Source: Vulcanimicrobiota bacterium
Lineage (GTDB): Bacteria > Vulcanimicrobiota > Xenobia > Xenobiales > JADMJV01
DNA: 34,235 nt
Assembly: GCA_050250895.1 (NCBI GenBank)
Contig: JBFWNU010000001.1
Coordinates: forward strand, 3,913,002 to 3,947,236
Reading direction: 5' to 3'
The notes under the pieces are model-generated. The model was not told the DNA's origin. It saw only the letters and a list, made by a program, of their open reading frames with translations, and ran no database searches. Positions 1 to 9,347 of the stretch are shown here, piece by piece (the first letter of the stretch is position 1; each line of letters opens with the position of its first letter). Made by a program: the position numbers and the translations under genes.

Positions 1-398
1 CCCCGGAGCCGGTCGCCGTCAAGCGAGTACTTCCAGCTGGAAGTATGACTCGAGAGAAGCGCGCGAGACGCCGCCCTCGACGCCTTGAGTTTCCTGCCGC
101 CGCGCTCGTCGTGGCCGGGTCGGCAACCCCGCGTCCACTCGCGCCGCGATTCACCAGTCCCGGCTGATGCGGCGGTCTGGGCAATCTCGGCCGGCGCCCA
201 AGCCTTGCGTTCCCAGCCGGCTCGCCGCGGCCCACAGGCGCGGCCGGCTCGCGGCGGTCTGGTAATCACCGACTGGCCGGCGCGGCCCGCCCCGGAGCCG
301 GTCGCCGTCAAGCGAGTACTTCCAGCTGGAAGTATGACTCGAGAGAAGCGAGCCAAGGAGATGCCGCCCTCCACGCCTTGAGTTTCCTCCCGCCGCGG
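1..398. repeat. Direct repeat of ~105 bp (1-~104 and 290-~397) containing the 18-bp palindrome TACTTCCAGCTGGAAGTA
   Basis: 1-61 is identical to 290-350, then similar up to 'ccttgagtttcct.ccgccgcg'. Palindrome at 28-45 and 317-334. The first copy may be cut by the window edge. Confidence 0.9.
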
Positions 399-450
399 GT
401 CAGGCCAGCCGGCCACGGCGCCGCCCGCCGCGAAAGCCGGTCGCCGCCGC

Positions 451-665
451 CCACGCCGTCCTGCCGAGGCATCGGCCGTGCCCGGCCTGGCTCGCGGCTG
501 GGCTCGCGCCCGCGGACGGCCGCCGGCCACGCCGTGCTGCCGAGGCATCTGCCGAAGACGGCCTGGCTGACGCGGGGAGGGAGCATTCCGACGGCTGGGC
601 TCGGCAAGTCTCGCCACCGCGGCCCACGCCGCCTGCCCGGCGAAGGCTCGGCCTGGCTCACCGCG
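451..665. repeat. Short degenerate direct repeats (ccacgccg...cggcctggct)
   Basis: 451-478 vs 527-554 match at 26/28 positions; a weaker third copy lies at 624-665. Very GC-rich, with no credible ORF. Confidence 0.65.
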
Positions 666-674
666 CCGCCGCGG

Positions 675-2222
<1,548 letters not shown>

Positions 2223-2257
2223 TCCCACGACCTTCACACCGAAGGCGTGGTCTCCTG

Positions 2258-2908
2258 CTATTGGCAGTAGAACCAGGCCGTCAGGGCCAGGCGCGGCGCT
2301 TGCACTGGAGCCACTTCGTGCTCGATGTCCGAGAGAAACAAGACCAGTCGATTGTGGACGGGCTCGACCTCGAGGGGGCCCGAGGGCAGGTGGATAGTGA
2401 GGCTTCCGCCGTGTTCGGGCCGCCAGGTGGGATTGAGGTAATACACGGCCGAGAGACGACGCCGGGCGCCATGGTCGGCGAAGGTGTCGGTATGGCGCTT
2501 GTAGCCCGGGCTGCCGGCTTCGTGGTAGCTGCACTGCAGCTCGAAGCGGCGCAAACCGAGATAGGCCCTCTGATTGAGGTCACGGCGCAAGCGCTCGAGT
2601 TGGGTCAAGAAGGGTTGAAAGCCGGGGGTCGAGCCTTGTGACTCGACCCAGGCGATGCGGTCTCCGCGAGTTTTCGGGGCCAGTTGGTGGCGCTCGCCAC
2701 GGCCCACGCCGGCCGCCTTCATCTGATTGCCCCGGGCCAGCTTCAAGCCCTGCGACCGCACTCGCGATGCCTCGGCAGGAGGGAGGAAATCGTCACGAAA
2801 GAGCACCCCGAAGGCGCACAGAGAGGCGAGTTCAAAAGGGGTCGGTCCGTGGAGGGGACCACGCCGACGACTACGCAAAGTCAGCACGCAAGTTCCGATC
2901 TGGCCCAC
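2258..2908 (-). CDS. 2OG-Fe(II) oxygenase, prolyl-hydroxylase (EGL-9/SM-20)-like
   Basis: RGDRIAW, YKRHTD (HxD), YYLNPTW..HGGSL, EHEV and PRLALTAW motifs. Start position uncertain. Confidence 0.85.
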   Translation of the reverse strand: MGQIGTCVLTLRSRRRGPLHGPTPFELASLCAFGVLFRDDFLPPAEASRVRSQGLKLARGNQMKAAGVGRGERHQLAPKTRGDRIAWVESQGSTPGFQPFLTQLERLRRDLNQRAYLGLRRFELQCSYHEAGSPGYKRHTDTFADHGARRRLSAVYYLNPTWRPEHGGSLTIHLPSGPLEVEPVHNRLVLFLSDIEHEVAPVQAPRLALTAWFYCQ

Positions 2909-2963
2909 CAGGACGCCCCGGGCCCGAGGCTATCTACTTAGATCGTCAAAATTCCGCTTGTCG

Positions 2964-3632
2964 TTAGGGCCACCTTCCGTGGAAGCTAGAGATTTCTGAC
3001 AGATTTTTCTTGCTGATATCTGGCACTTTGACACCTTCGGCCGGGTAACCGACCACCAGCAGCAGAAAGGGCCTCTCGTTTTTGGGCCGGTCGAGGATCT
3101 GGTTGAGAAAGCCCATCGGGCTGGGGGTGTGGGTCAGGCAGCAGAGCCCGCTCACATGCAGGGCCGTGATGAGAATGCCAGTGGCGATGCCCACCGATTC
3201 GCTGACGTAGTAGTTCTTGACTTTCTCATCCTCCTGCTGGCTATAGCTTTCGGCGAAGATGGCGATCAAGACGGGCGCCACCTCGAGGAATGGCTTGTGC
3301 TCGTCGGTGCCCAGAGGAGCCAGGGCCTCGAGCCACTCCTGGGGAGCCCGCCCGTGATAGAAGGCTTGCTCCTCTTTTTCGGCCGCCCGGCGGATGGTCT
3401 TCTTGAGGTCGGGGTCGGTGACCACGGCGAAGTGCCAGGGCTGATGATTGGCTCCGTTGGGGGCGGTGCCCGCCGCCAGCAGGCACTGCTCGATGACCTG
3501 GCGGGGTACGGGGCGAGGGTCGAACTCGCGCACCGTGCGGCGGCGCCGGACCAGTTGGTAGTATTCGGTGGCCTTGCGACCCATCTCGTCAGGGGGATAG
3601 GCCAGGTAGTCCTCGTAGGCGATGAAGCTCAT
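2964..3632 (-). CDS. Nitroreductase family protein, iodotyrosine deiodinase-like
   Basis: [49 protein letters not shown] and LTHTP motifs of the IYD clade. Confidence 0.9.
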   Translation of the reverse strand: MSFIAYEDYLAYPPDEMGRKATEYYQLVRRRRTVREFDPRPVPRQVIEQCLLAAGTAPNGANHQPWHFAVVTDPDLKKTIRRAAEKEEQAFYHGRAPQEWLEALAPLGTDEHKPFLEVAPVLIAIFAESYSQQEDEKVKNYYVSESVGIATGILITALHVSGLCCLTHTPSPMGFLNQILDRPKNERPFLLLVVGYPAEGVKVPDISKKNLSEISSFHGRWP

Positions 3633-3666
3633 GGGGTCTGCTTCTCGCCTGGCTCGCCCTTCCCCG

Positions 3667-3688
3667 CCTCAGCCAACAGTGCTAGAAT
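3667..3688 (+). promoter_or_regulatory. Shared promoter motif CCTCAG-N10-TAGAAT-N6-GTG (leaderless, extended -10)
   Basis: CCTCAG 3667-3672, TGc then TAGAAT 3683-3688, GTG 3695. Confidence 0.65.
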
Positions 3689-3694
3689 GGGCGG

Positions 3695-5440
3695 GTGCGT
3701 ATTGAACCTGTTTCCAACCAGCCAACGGCTGCCCCTGCTCGTCGAGCCGACACCGCCGCCAAGGTCGCAGAGCCACGCGATGGAGTCGGTCCCGCCCGAA
3801 CCACCGAGGACCCGAGTTATAAGGCTCGCTCGGACCTTTCGGCCGGGGAAGTTTCGGCCCCAAGGGTGGAAGAGCCCCACCACGAGGAGGATGTCGGAGT
3901 GCCGGTAGCCGTCTTGAAAGAGGTCACCCGCGAGGCCATGGAAAGCCGGGGCTTGACCATCGGCTTTTCCCCTGAGGCCCTCGAGCAGGTCGAGAAGATG
4001 GGTGGGCCGGTGCCGCTGGAGGGCGAGGGAGTGCGCGACCTGCGCCACCTCAAATGGGCCTCCATCGACAATGCCGACACCAAGGATATCGATCAACTCG
4101 CCTTCGCCGAGGACCTGGGCGGGGGACGCCGGCGGCTGCTGGTGGCCATCGCGGATGTCGCCGAGGCCTTCGACAAGGGGACACCCCTCGATGAGCAGTG
4201 TCAGCTGAATACCGTCACCGTCTACACTCCGGGCGAAGTCAATCCGATGCTGCCTAAGCAGATGTCCACCGACTGGACCTCGCTCAACCCCGACGCCGAC
4301 CGCCGGGCGTTGGTGACCGAACTCATCATCGGGGCCGACGGCGAGGTCGAGAAGTCGACCGTCTTCGAAGCGGCCGTCCGTAACCAGGCCAAGCTCGATT
4401 ACGTGACCGTTTCTGATTGGTATGAAAAAGGCGGCGAACCGCCGGCCGCCATGACCAGCCCCGAGATGCAAGAGCAGGTGCGGCTGCAGATGGATACCGG
4501 CCTGCTGTTGGGCCAGGCCGCCCAACGCCGGGGCGCGCTGGCCTTCGAGACCGACCGCGTGTTACCAGTAGTCGAGAATGGTCATCTGGTCGATCTGGTC
4601 AACGAAGAGAAGAACTCGGCCAACGAAGCGGTGGCTCATATGATGATCGCCACCAACGTGGCCAACGCCAGCTTTCTGCACGAGAAAGGATTTCCGGTTT
4701 TTCAGCGGGCGGTTCCCGAGCCGGGGCGTTGGGATCGGATGCGCGAGGTGGCCGCCCAGGCGGCCTCGCACCTGCCCGAAGGCAAGGAGATGGCGTCCGA
4801 GCTGGCTGTCTTGCCTGCCGACGCCGACCCGGCCGCTCTGGCCCGGTTTCTCGAGGAATACAAGGCACGCAACCCTGACGGCTACGGCGAGGTGTCGCTG
4901 AGTATGCTGAAGTTGATGGGCGGGAGTGACTATGTGGCCACGCCGCCGGGTGAGCCCTTGCAAGGCCATTTTGGCCAGGGGGTGAGTGGGGGCGACCTGG
5001 GTTACTTGCATTCCACCGCTCCCAATCGCCGCTATCCCGATGTGGTGGTGCAGCGGCTGCTCAAGGCCGCTTCGGCCGGCCAACCTTGTCCTTACACCAT
5101 GGAAGAGCTCGAGGCGATCGCCGACCGCTGCAACCAGCAAGAGAGCGCCGCCAAGGGGGCCGAACGCCAGGTCCGCAAAGCCGCTGTTTCGCACTATCTG
5201 GCCAGCCAAATCGGCGAGGAGTATGAAGCTGTGGTAACCGGCGACAATCCCAAGAAGGGCACCTTCGTGCGCGTAATGGACCCGCCCATCGAAGGTAAAC
5301 TGGTCGAGGGCTTCGAGGCCGTCGATGTGGGCGACAAGCTGCATATCCGCCTGAAGGCGGTCGACCTCGAGAAGGGTCACATCGACTTCGTCCGCACCTC
5401 CGAGGTGGAAGACGCCTCCAGCGCTCACCTGAGCAACTAG
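3695..5440 (+). CDS. RNB-domain (RNase II/R family) ribonuclease with C-terminal S1 domain and ~65-aa low-complexity N-terminal extension
   Basis: WASIDNADTKDIDQL, LLVAIADV, TVYTPG..PMLP and HSTAPNRRYPD motifs; C-terminal S1-like 'IGEEYEAVVTG...GHIDF'. Confidence 0.9.
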   Translation: MRIEPVSNQPTAAPARRADTAAKVAEPRDGVGPARTTEDPSYKARSDLSAGEVSAPRVEEPHHEEDVGVPVAVLKEVTREAMESRGLTIGFSPEALEQVEKMGGPVPLEGEGVRDLRHLKWASIDNADTKDIDQLAFAEDLGGGRRRLLVAIADVAEAFDKGTPLDEQCQLNTVTVYTPGEVNPMLPKQMSTDWTSLNPDADRRALVTELIIGADGEVEKSTVFEAAVRNQAKLDYVTVSDWYEKGGEPPAAMTSPEMQEQVRLQMDTGLLLGQAAQRRGALAFETDRVLPVVENGHLVDLVNEEKNSANEAVAHMMIATNVANASFLHEKGFPVFQRAVPEPGRWDRMREVAAQAASHLPEGKEMASELAVLPADADPAALARFLEEYKARNPDGYGEVSLSMLKLMGGSDYVATPPGEPLQGHFGQGVSGGDLGYLHSTAPNRRYPDVVVQRLLKAASAGQPCPYTMEELEAIADRCNQQESAAKGAERQVRKAAVSHYLASQIGEEYEAVVTGDNPKKGTFVRVMDPPIEGKLVEGFEAVDVGDKLHIRLKAVDLEKGHIDFVRTSEVEDASSAHLSN

Positions 5441-5504
5441 CCTCTATGCGACCGGATGCCCCGGCTTGACCCTTTTGGCCGCTTTGGCTCAACGGCGGCC
5501 TCGA

Positions 5505-5510
5505 TAAGAT
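5505..5510 (+). promoter_or_regulatory. -10 element TAAGAT 7 nt before ATG (probable leaderless transcript, no TTTCAG box)
   Basis: TAAGAT-cgaggcg-ATG(5518). Confidence 0.45.
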
Positions 5511-5517
5511 CGAGGCG

Positions 5518-6759
5518 ATGCCGTACCGTGCCTGGCTGTTTCTGTTCTTGCTGCTGACTCTCGGGGGTTGGGCTCAGACCGAGCCCAGCCGCGACGAACA
5601 ACTGACTTCCCAACTGCGGCAGGCCTTTCGCCAGGTCGACGGACTGGGCGAAGTCACCCTCGAGGTTCGTGGCGGAGTGGCCGTTCTGCGTGGCAGTGCC
5701 CCCTCGCTCGAAGCCAAGCTGCGAGCCGGAGAGTTGGCCGAGCGGGTGGATGGGATCCTGACGGTCGACAACGGCGTTACCATCGAGTCCGGCGTCGAGA
5801 ATCGTCTGACGCCTGCCTGGACCAAGCTGCGCCAGCGGCTAGAACTCTTGCTTACCGAACTTCCCTTGATCTTGATCGCCCTGGTGGTCGTGGGGATATT
5901 CTGGTTGGTGGCCCGAACCCTGACCGGCTGGGACGGGTTGTTCGCTCGGCTCAGCCACAACCTGTTCTTTCAGGATCTCATCCGGCAAGTGCTCTACTTT
6001 GCCATTCTGCTGGTGGGCATCCTGGTGGCCCTGGAGATTCTCGACGCAACGGCCCTGGTGGGGGCTGTCTTGGGCACGGCGGGAGTGGCCGGCATCGCCC
6101 TGGGTTTCGCTTTCCGTGATCTCGCCGAGAACAGCCTGGCCAGTGTTTTGCTGAGCTTGCGCCAACCGTTTGCTCCCAACGACCACGTCACTATCGACGA
6201 ACATGAAGGCCGGGTGGTCCGCCTCAATTCGCGGGCCACCATCTTGTTGACCCTGGATGGAAACCATCTGAGGATCCCCAACGCGACCGTCTTCAAAGCC
6301 TCGATTCTCAACTACACTCGCAACCCGGAGCGACGTTTCGTGTTTGAGGTGGGGGTTAGCCCCGAGGCCGACCTGCTGCAGGTCCAGAAGCTGGTTGTGG
6401 AGTGCCTGGAATCGGCCCCGGGTGTGATGGCGGAACCAGGTCCGGCAGTGATGGTGGACTCGCTGGGCGACTGGACCGTCAACCTCAAAGTCTTGGGCTG
6501 GGTCGACCAGCGCGAGACCGACTTTCTCAAGGTTCGAGGCGAAGCCATCCGACTGGTCAAGGAAACCCTCGACCATCATGAGATCGCCATGCCCGAGCAG
6601 ACTTTCAATATTCGAACCGAACCGACGGTGAGTAAGCCGAAACGCCAGGTCCGCATCGGGACCGAAGGGCTGGAGCCCGAACGCCATCTGGAGGCGCGGA
6701 TCGCCGAGGAGCGCAAGCAAGAAGGTGACTTGCTAGAAAATGACGCCCCCCTGGAGTAG
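5518..6759 (+). CDS. Small-conductance mechanosensitive channel (MscS family) with N-terminal BON domain
   Basis: Signal peptide, BON-like 'VTLEVRGGVAVLRG..VDGILTVDN', TM helices, GIALGFAFRD, QPFAPND and LRIPN motifs. Confidence 0.9.
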   Translation: MPYRAWLFLFLLLTLGGWAQTEPSRDEQLTSQLRQAFRQVDGLGEVTLEVRGGVAVLRGSAPSLEAKLRAGELAERVDGILTVDNGVTIESGVENRLTPAWTKLRQRLELLLTELPLILIALVVVGIFWLVARTLTGWDGLFARLSHNLFFQDLIRQVLYFAILLVGILVALEILDATALVGAVLGTAGVAGIALGFAFRDLAENSLASVLLSLRQPFAPNDHVTIDEHEGRVVRLNSRATILLTLDGNHLRIPNATVFKASILNYTRNPERRFVFEVGVSPEADLLQVQKLVVECLESAPGVMAEPGPAVMVDSLGDWTVNLKVLGWVDQRETDFLKVRGEAIRLVKETLDHHEIAMPEQTFNIRTEPTVSKPKRQVRIGTEGLEPERHLEARIAEERKQEGDLLENDAPLE

Positions 6760-6783
6760 GGGGGCGCCGACGGGTTTAGGCGT

Positions 6784-7137
6784 CTAGGCGGCGATGGGAA
6801 GGGGAGCTTGCACGGCCAGGTGCAGTACTTCAGCCAGTTGGGCGGGGGTGGTGGGCAGCACCACCAGTTGGCCGGGAACCTTGACGGGTTCGGCGGCGAT
6901 GAAGACGAGGGGCAGGTCGGGCCAGAATTTGGCCAGTTCTTGAGCCAGTTCATCGGGCCCCATCCACGATGACTGAGTTTCGGCAAGCACGACATCGACT
7001 TGCTCGGTGGCGACGACGGTGAGAGCTTCGGCGCCGTCGCGAGCGGTCAACACCCTGAACCCCCGAACTTCGAGCACCTCTTGAAGCTGAAGCTGGTGCT
7101 TGAGTTGTTGATTGATAATCAGGACTGTGGGATTCAT
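6784..7137 (-). CDS. Single-domain response-regulator receiver, atypical (pseudo-receiver)
   Basis: CheY-like pattern 'VLII...LEVRGFRVLTARDGAEAL...DVVLAE...M...LPLVFI'. GGAGG RBS and TAGAAT upstream. Confidence 0.75.
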   Translation of the reverse strand: MNPTVLIINQQLKHQLQLQEVLEVRGFRVLTARDGAEALTVVATEQVDVVLAETQSSWMGPDELAQELAKFWPDLPLVFIAAEPVKVPGQLVVLPTTPAQLAEVLHLAVQAPLPIAA

Positions 7138-7320
7138 TTGTTACCTCCACCCGTATTCTAGCCACCGGCTGAAAACCGCGCTGTGAAGCCGTTCACTTTT
7201 TTCGGGAGTTTGAGAAATCCTTGGCGCGGAGAATAAGTAAGAGTGCGTTAAATCTCAACACGGCGCGGCCGCGAACCCACGCACCAGGCGGCGGCGCCAA
7301 CCCATAAGGGGGAAACACTA

Positions 7321-7782
7321 ATGAACGTAAAACCGATTCCCGAGGGAATGAATATGATCACCCCTCACCTGGTGGTCAAGAACGGTGACAAAGCCATCGA
7401 GTTCTACAAGAGAGCTTTCATGGCCGAAGAGATGCACCGCATGACCATGCCCGGCAGCAAGAAGATCATGCATGCCTGCATCCAGATTGCGGGCCAGAAT
7501 ATCTTCCTGTGCGACGAGATGAAAGGCGCCAAAGCTCCCAAGAACGGTGGCTCTGGTATGCACTTGCACCTCTATGTCGGGGACGCCGACAAGGTCTTCT
7601 ACCGCGCCATCGAGCACGGAGCCAAACAGATGATGCCGCTCGAGAACACCTTCTGGGGTGATCGTTACGGCATGATCGTCGACCCGTTCGGCCACACCTG
7701 GGCCATCGCCACCCATGTCGAAGACGTGACGCCCGAAGAGATGAAGCGTCGCGGCGAGAAGATGATGGCTGGCGTCAAATAG
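7321..7782 (+). CDS. VOC/glyoxalase family protein (PhnB-like)
   Basis: VKPIPEG..ITPHLVVK..AIEFYKRAF, IMHA and FWGDRYGMIVDPFGHTWAIATH. Confidence 0.92.
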   Translation: MNVKPIPEGMNMITPHLVVKNGDKAIEFYKRAFMAEEMHRMTMPGSKKIMHACIQIAGQNIFLCDEMKGAKAPKNGGSGMHLHLYVGDADKVFYRAIEHGAKQMMPLENTFWGDRYGMIVDPFGHTWAIATHVEDVTPEEMKRRGEKMMAGVK

Positions 7783-7802
7783 GCCAATTTGCCACTCGAA
7801 GG

Positions 7803-7831
7803 AGGGCCGGGATCTTCCCGGCCCTTTTTTT
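7803..7831 (+). terminator. Rho-independent terminator
   Basis: Stem agggccggga/tcccggccct with loop tct, followed by a T-run, 20 nt after the VOC stop. Confidence 0.88.
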
Positions 7832-7883
7832 CTATCTTTTTTTAGGGGTGGATGCGATGCTTACAGGGTGAAGGAGTCTACCT

Positions 7884-9344
7884 ATGCAGATCTGTAGCTG
7901 TTGCGAGTCACGCCCCACGCCAAAACGCGCCGTCAATCACACCCCTCACCAGGCCCCGAAGTGTGAGCAGGCTCGCCCGCAAGAAACCGTCGAACTCACC
8001 TCGACGAGCCCCCAGCCCAATCTCCAAGCCCTGGCCCGCCAGGGTAAAGAGAGTGCTTATCAGGCGCTGCTAGGAGGCTTCACCAACTTCTCGGCCGCCT
8101 CCATCCCCGAGATTTTTCAACTGGCTAAAGAGCACCATCCCGAAGCGGTGACCCACGTGCTTTACCACGGCGGCTGTCGGGACGGACGGACCGCTGCCTG
8201 GGCGGCCTATAAGAAGCTGGGTGACCAGGCCGAATACATTCCGATGGGGTACCAGGCTCCTCCCCCCGATCTACCACCCGATGCGCGGGTGGCCGTGGTG
8301 GACTTCTCGTTTTTGCCGGACGTGCTTGACGAACTCAAGAAAAAGGTGGCCGATGTGGTCATTCTCGACCATCACGACACGGCCGCCGAGCGCCTGACGG
8401 GCGTGCCCGGGGTGGTGGTCGATCAAGAGCGAGCGGGAGCCGGATTGAGTTGGCATTACTTCCATCCCGACCAGCCTCTGCCGGCCCTGGTGGCCTACGC
8501 CGAGGACCGCGACCTGTGGCGCTTTGACCTGCCCCTGTCCAAGGAGGTGGGCACGGCCATGGGAGTGGCCGAGTGGGATGGTCCCAAATCGTGGGACAAG
8601 CTCGATATCGAGACCCTCAAGCGCGACGGGGTCGAGATGACCGCCTTCATGGACGAGCAGAACCAGCGGATGCTCGACCTGGTGCAATGGTGCAACATCG
8701 CCGGTCACAAGGCTCCGGCGATCAATACCAACCTCAACGTCGACGAACTGGCCAGCGTGGTGTTCGAGAAGTATCCACAGGCCGATTTTATCGCCACCTA
8801 CTACGACACGGCCGGGGCTCGTAAGTGGTCGCTGCGCAGCCGCACCGATTTCGAAGTCAACCACATCGCGGCCCAGTTCGGAGGGGGAGGCCATCCGGCC
8901 GCCGCTGGCTTCAAGGAAATGGGCAAGAAGGCTCCTGAAGTGAGGCCCCCCGACCAGCCTGCCCACGGCCCCGAGAAGTTGATGACTGAGCTGGACAAAT
9001 CCAGCGACGCCGTGCGGCGTTTCGCGGCCGGCCAGGTCGAGCGAGCCCTGGGCTCGAGCTTCGTGGCCAGGATCGACGGACAGAAGGTTCCGGTGGTCAA
9101 TTGTCCTTTCAACCGGGAAGAACTCGGCCAGGCGATGCTCGCTAAATATGCCGACGCTCCCATGGTCGGCGTCTACTACACCACCGCCAGCGGTGACCGC
9201 CACTGGAGTTTGTACAGTCGCGAAGACTCGCAGGTGGCCGCCATCGCTGCCAAGTTTGGCGGTCAGGGCGGTGCTCGCTCGGCCGACTTTGTCGAGGGTC
9301 GTTCGGCGGCCGCGCGAGAACTGGTCGCCGAGCCTAAGCAATAG
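7884..9344 (+). CDS. DHH/DHHA1 family phosphoesterase (nanoRNase-like) with N-terminal extension and duplicated C-terminal DHHA1-like domain
   Basis: YHGGCRDG, VVDFS, ILDHH, DRDLW and WSLRS..FGGGGHPAAAGF motifs; AAGGAG RBS. Confidence 0.85.
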   Translation: MQICSCCESRPTPKRAVNHTPHQAPKCEQARPQETVELTSTSPQPNLQALARQGKESAYQALLGGFTNFSAASIPEIFQLAKEHHPEAVTHVLYHGGCRDGRTAAWAAYKKLGDQAEYIPMGYQAPPPDLPPDARVAVVDFSFLPDVLDELKKKVADVVILDHHDTAAERLTGVPGVVVDQERAGAGLSWHYFHPDQPLPALVAYAEDRDLWRFDLPLSKEVGTAMGVAEWDGPKSWDKLDIETLKRDGVEMTAFMDEQNQRMLDLVQWCNIAGHKAPAINTNLNVDELASVVFEKYPQADFIATYYDTAGARKWSLRSRTDFEVNHIAAQFGGGGHPAAAGFKEMGKKAPEVRPPDQPAHGPEKLMTELDKSSDAVRRFAAGQVERALGSSFVARIDGQKVPVVNCPFNREELGQAMLAKYADAPMVGVYYTTASGDRHWSLYSREDSQVAAIAAKFGGQGGARSADFVEGRSAAARELVAEPKQ

Positions 9345-9347
9345 CTG

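Noticed and set aside
1-398. Possible CRISPR array
   Set aside because: Only two long copies 289 bp apart, no 30-40-bp spacers and no cas genes.
3667-3694. Sigma-28 or sigma-54 interpretation of the shared promoter
   Set aside because: No TAAA-N15-GCCGATAA and no GG-N10-GC consensus. The downstream element fits a sigma-70-type TANNNT.
6744-6766. Hairpin cgcccccct/aggggggcg over the mscS stop
   Set aside because: Could terminate the convergent gene, but the U-tract is poor, so it was not called.
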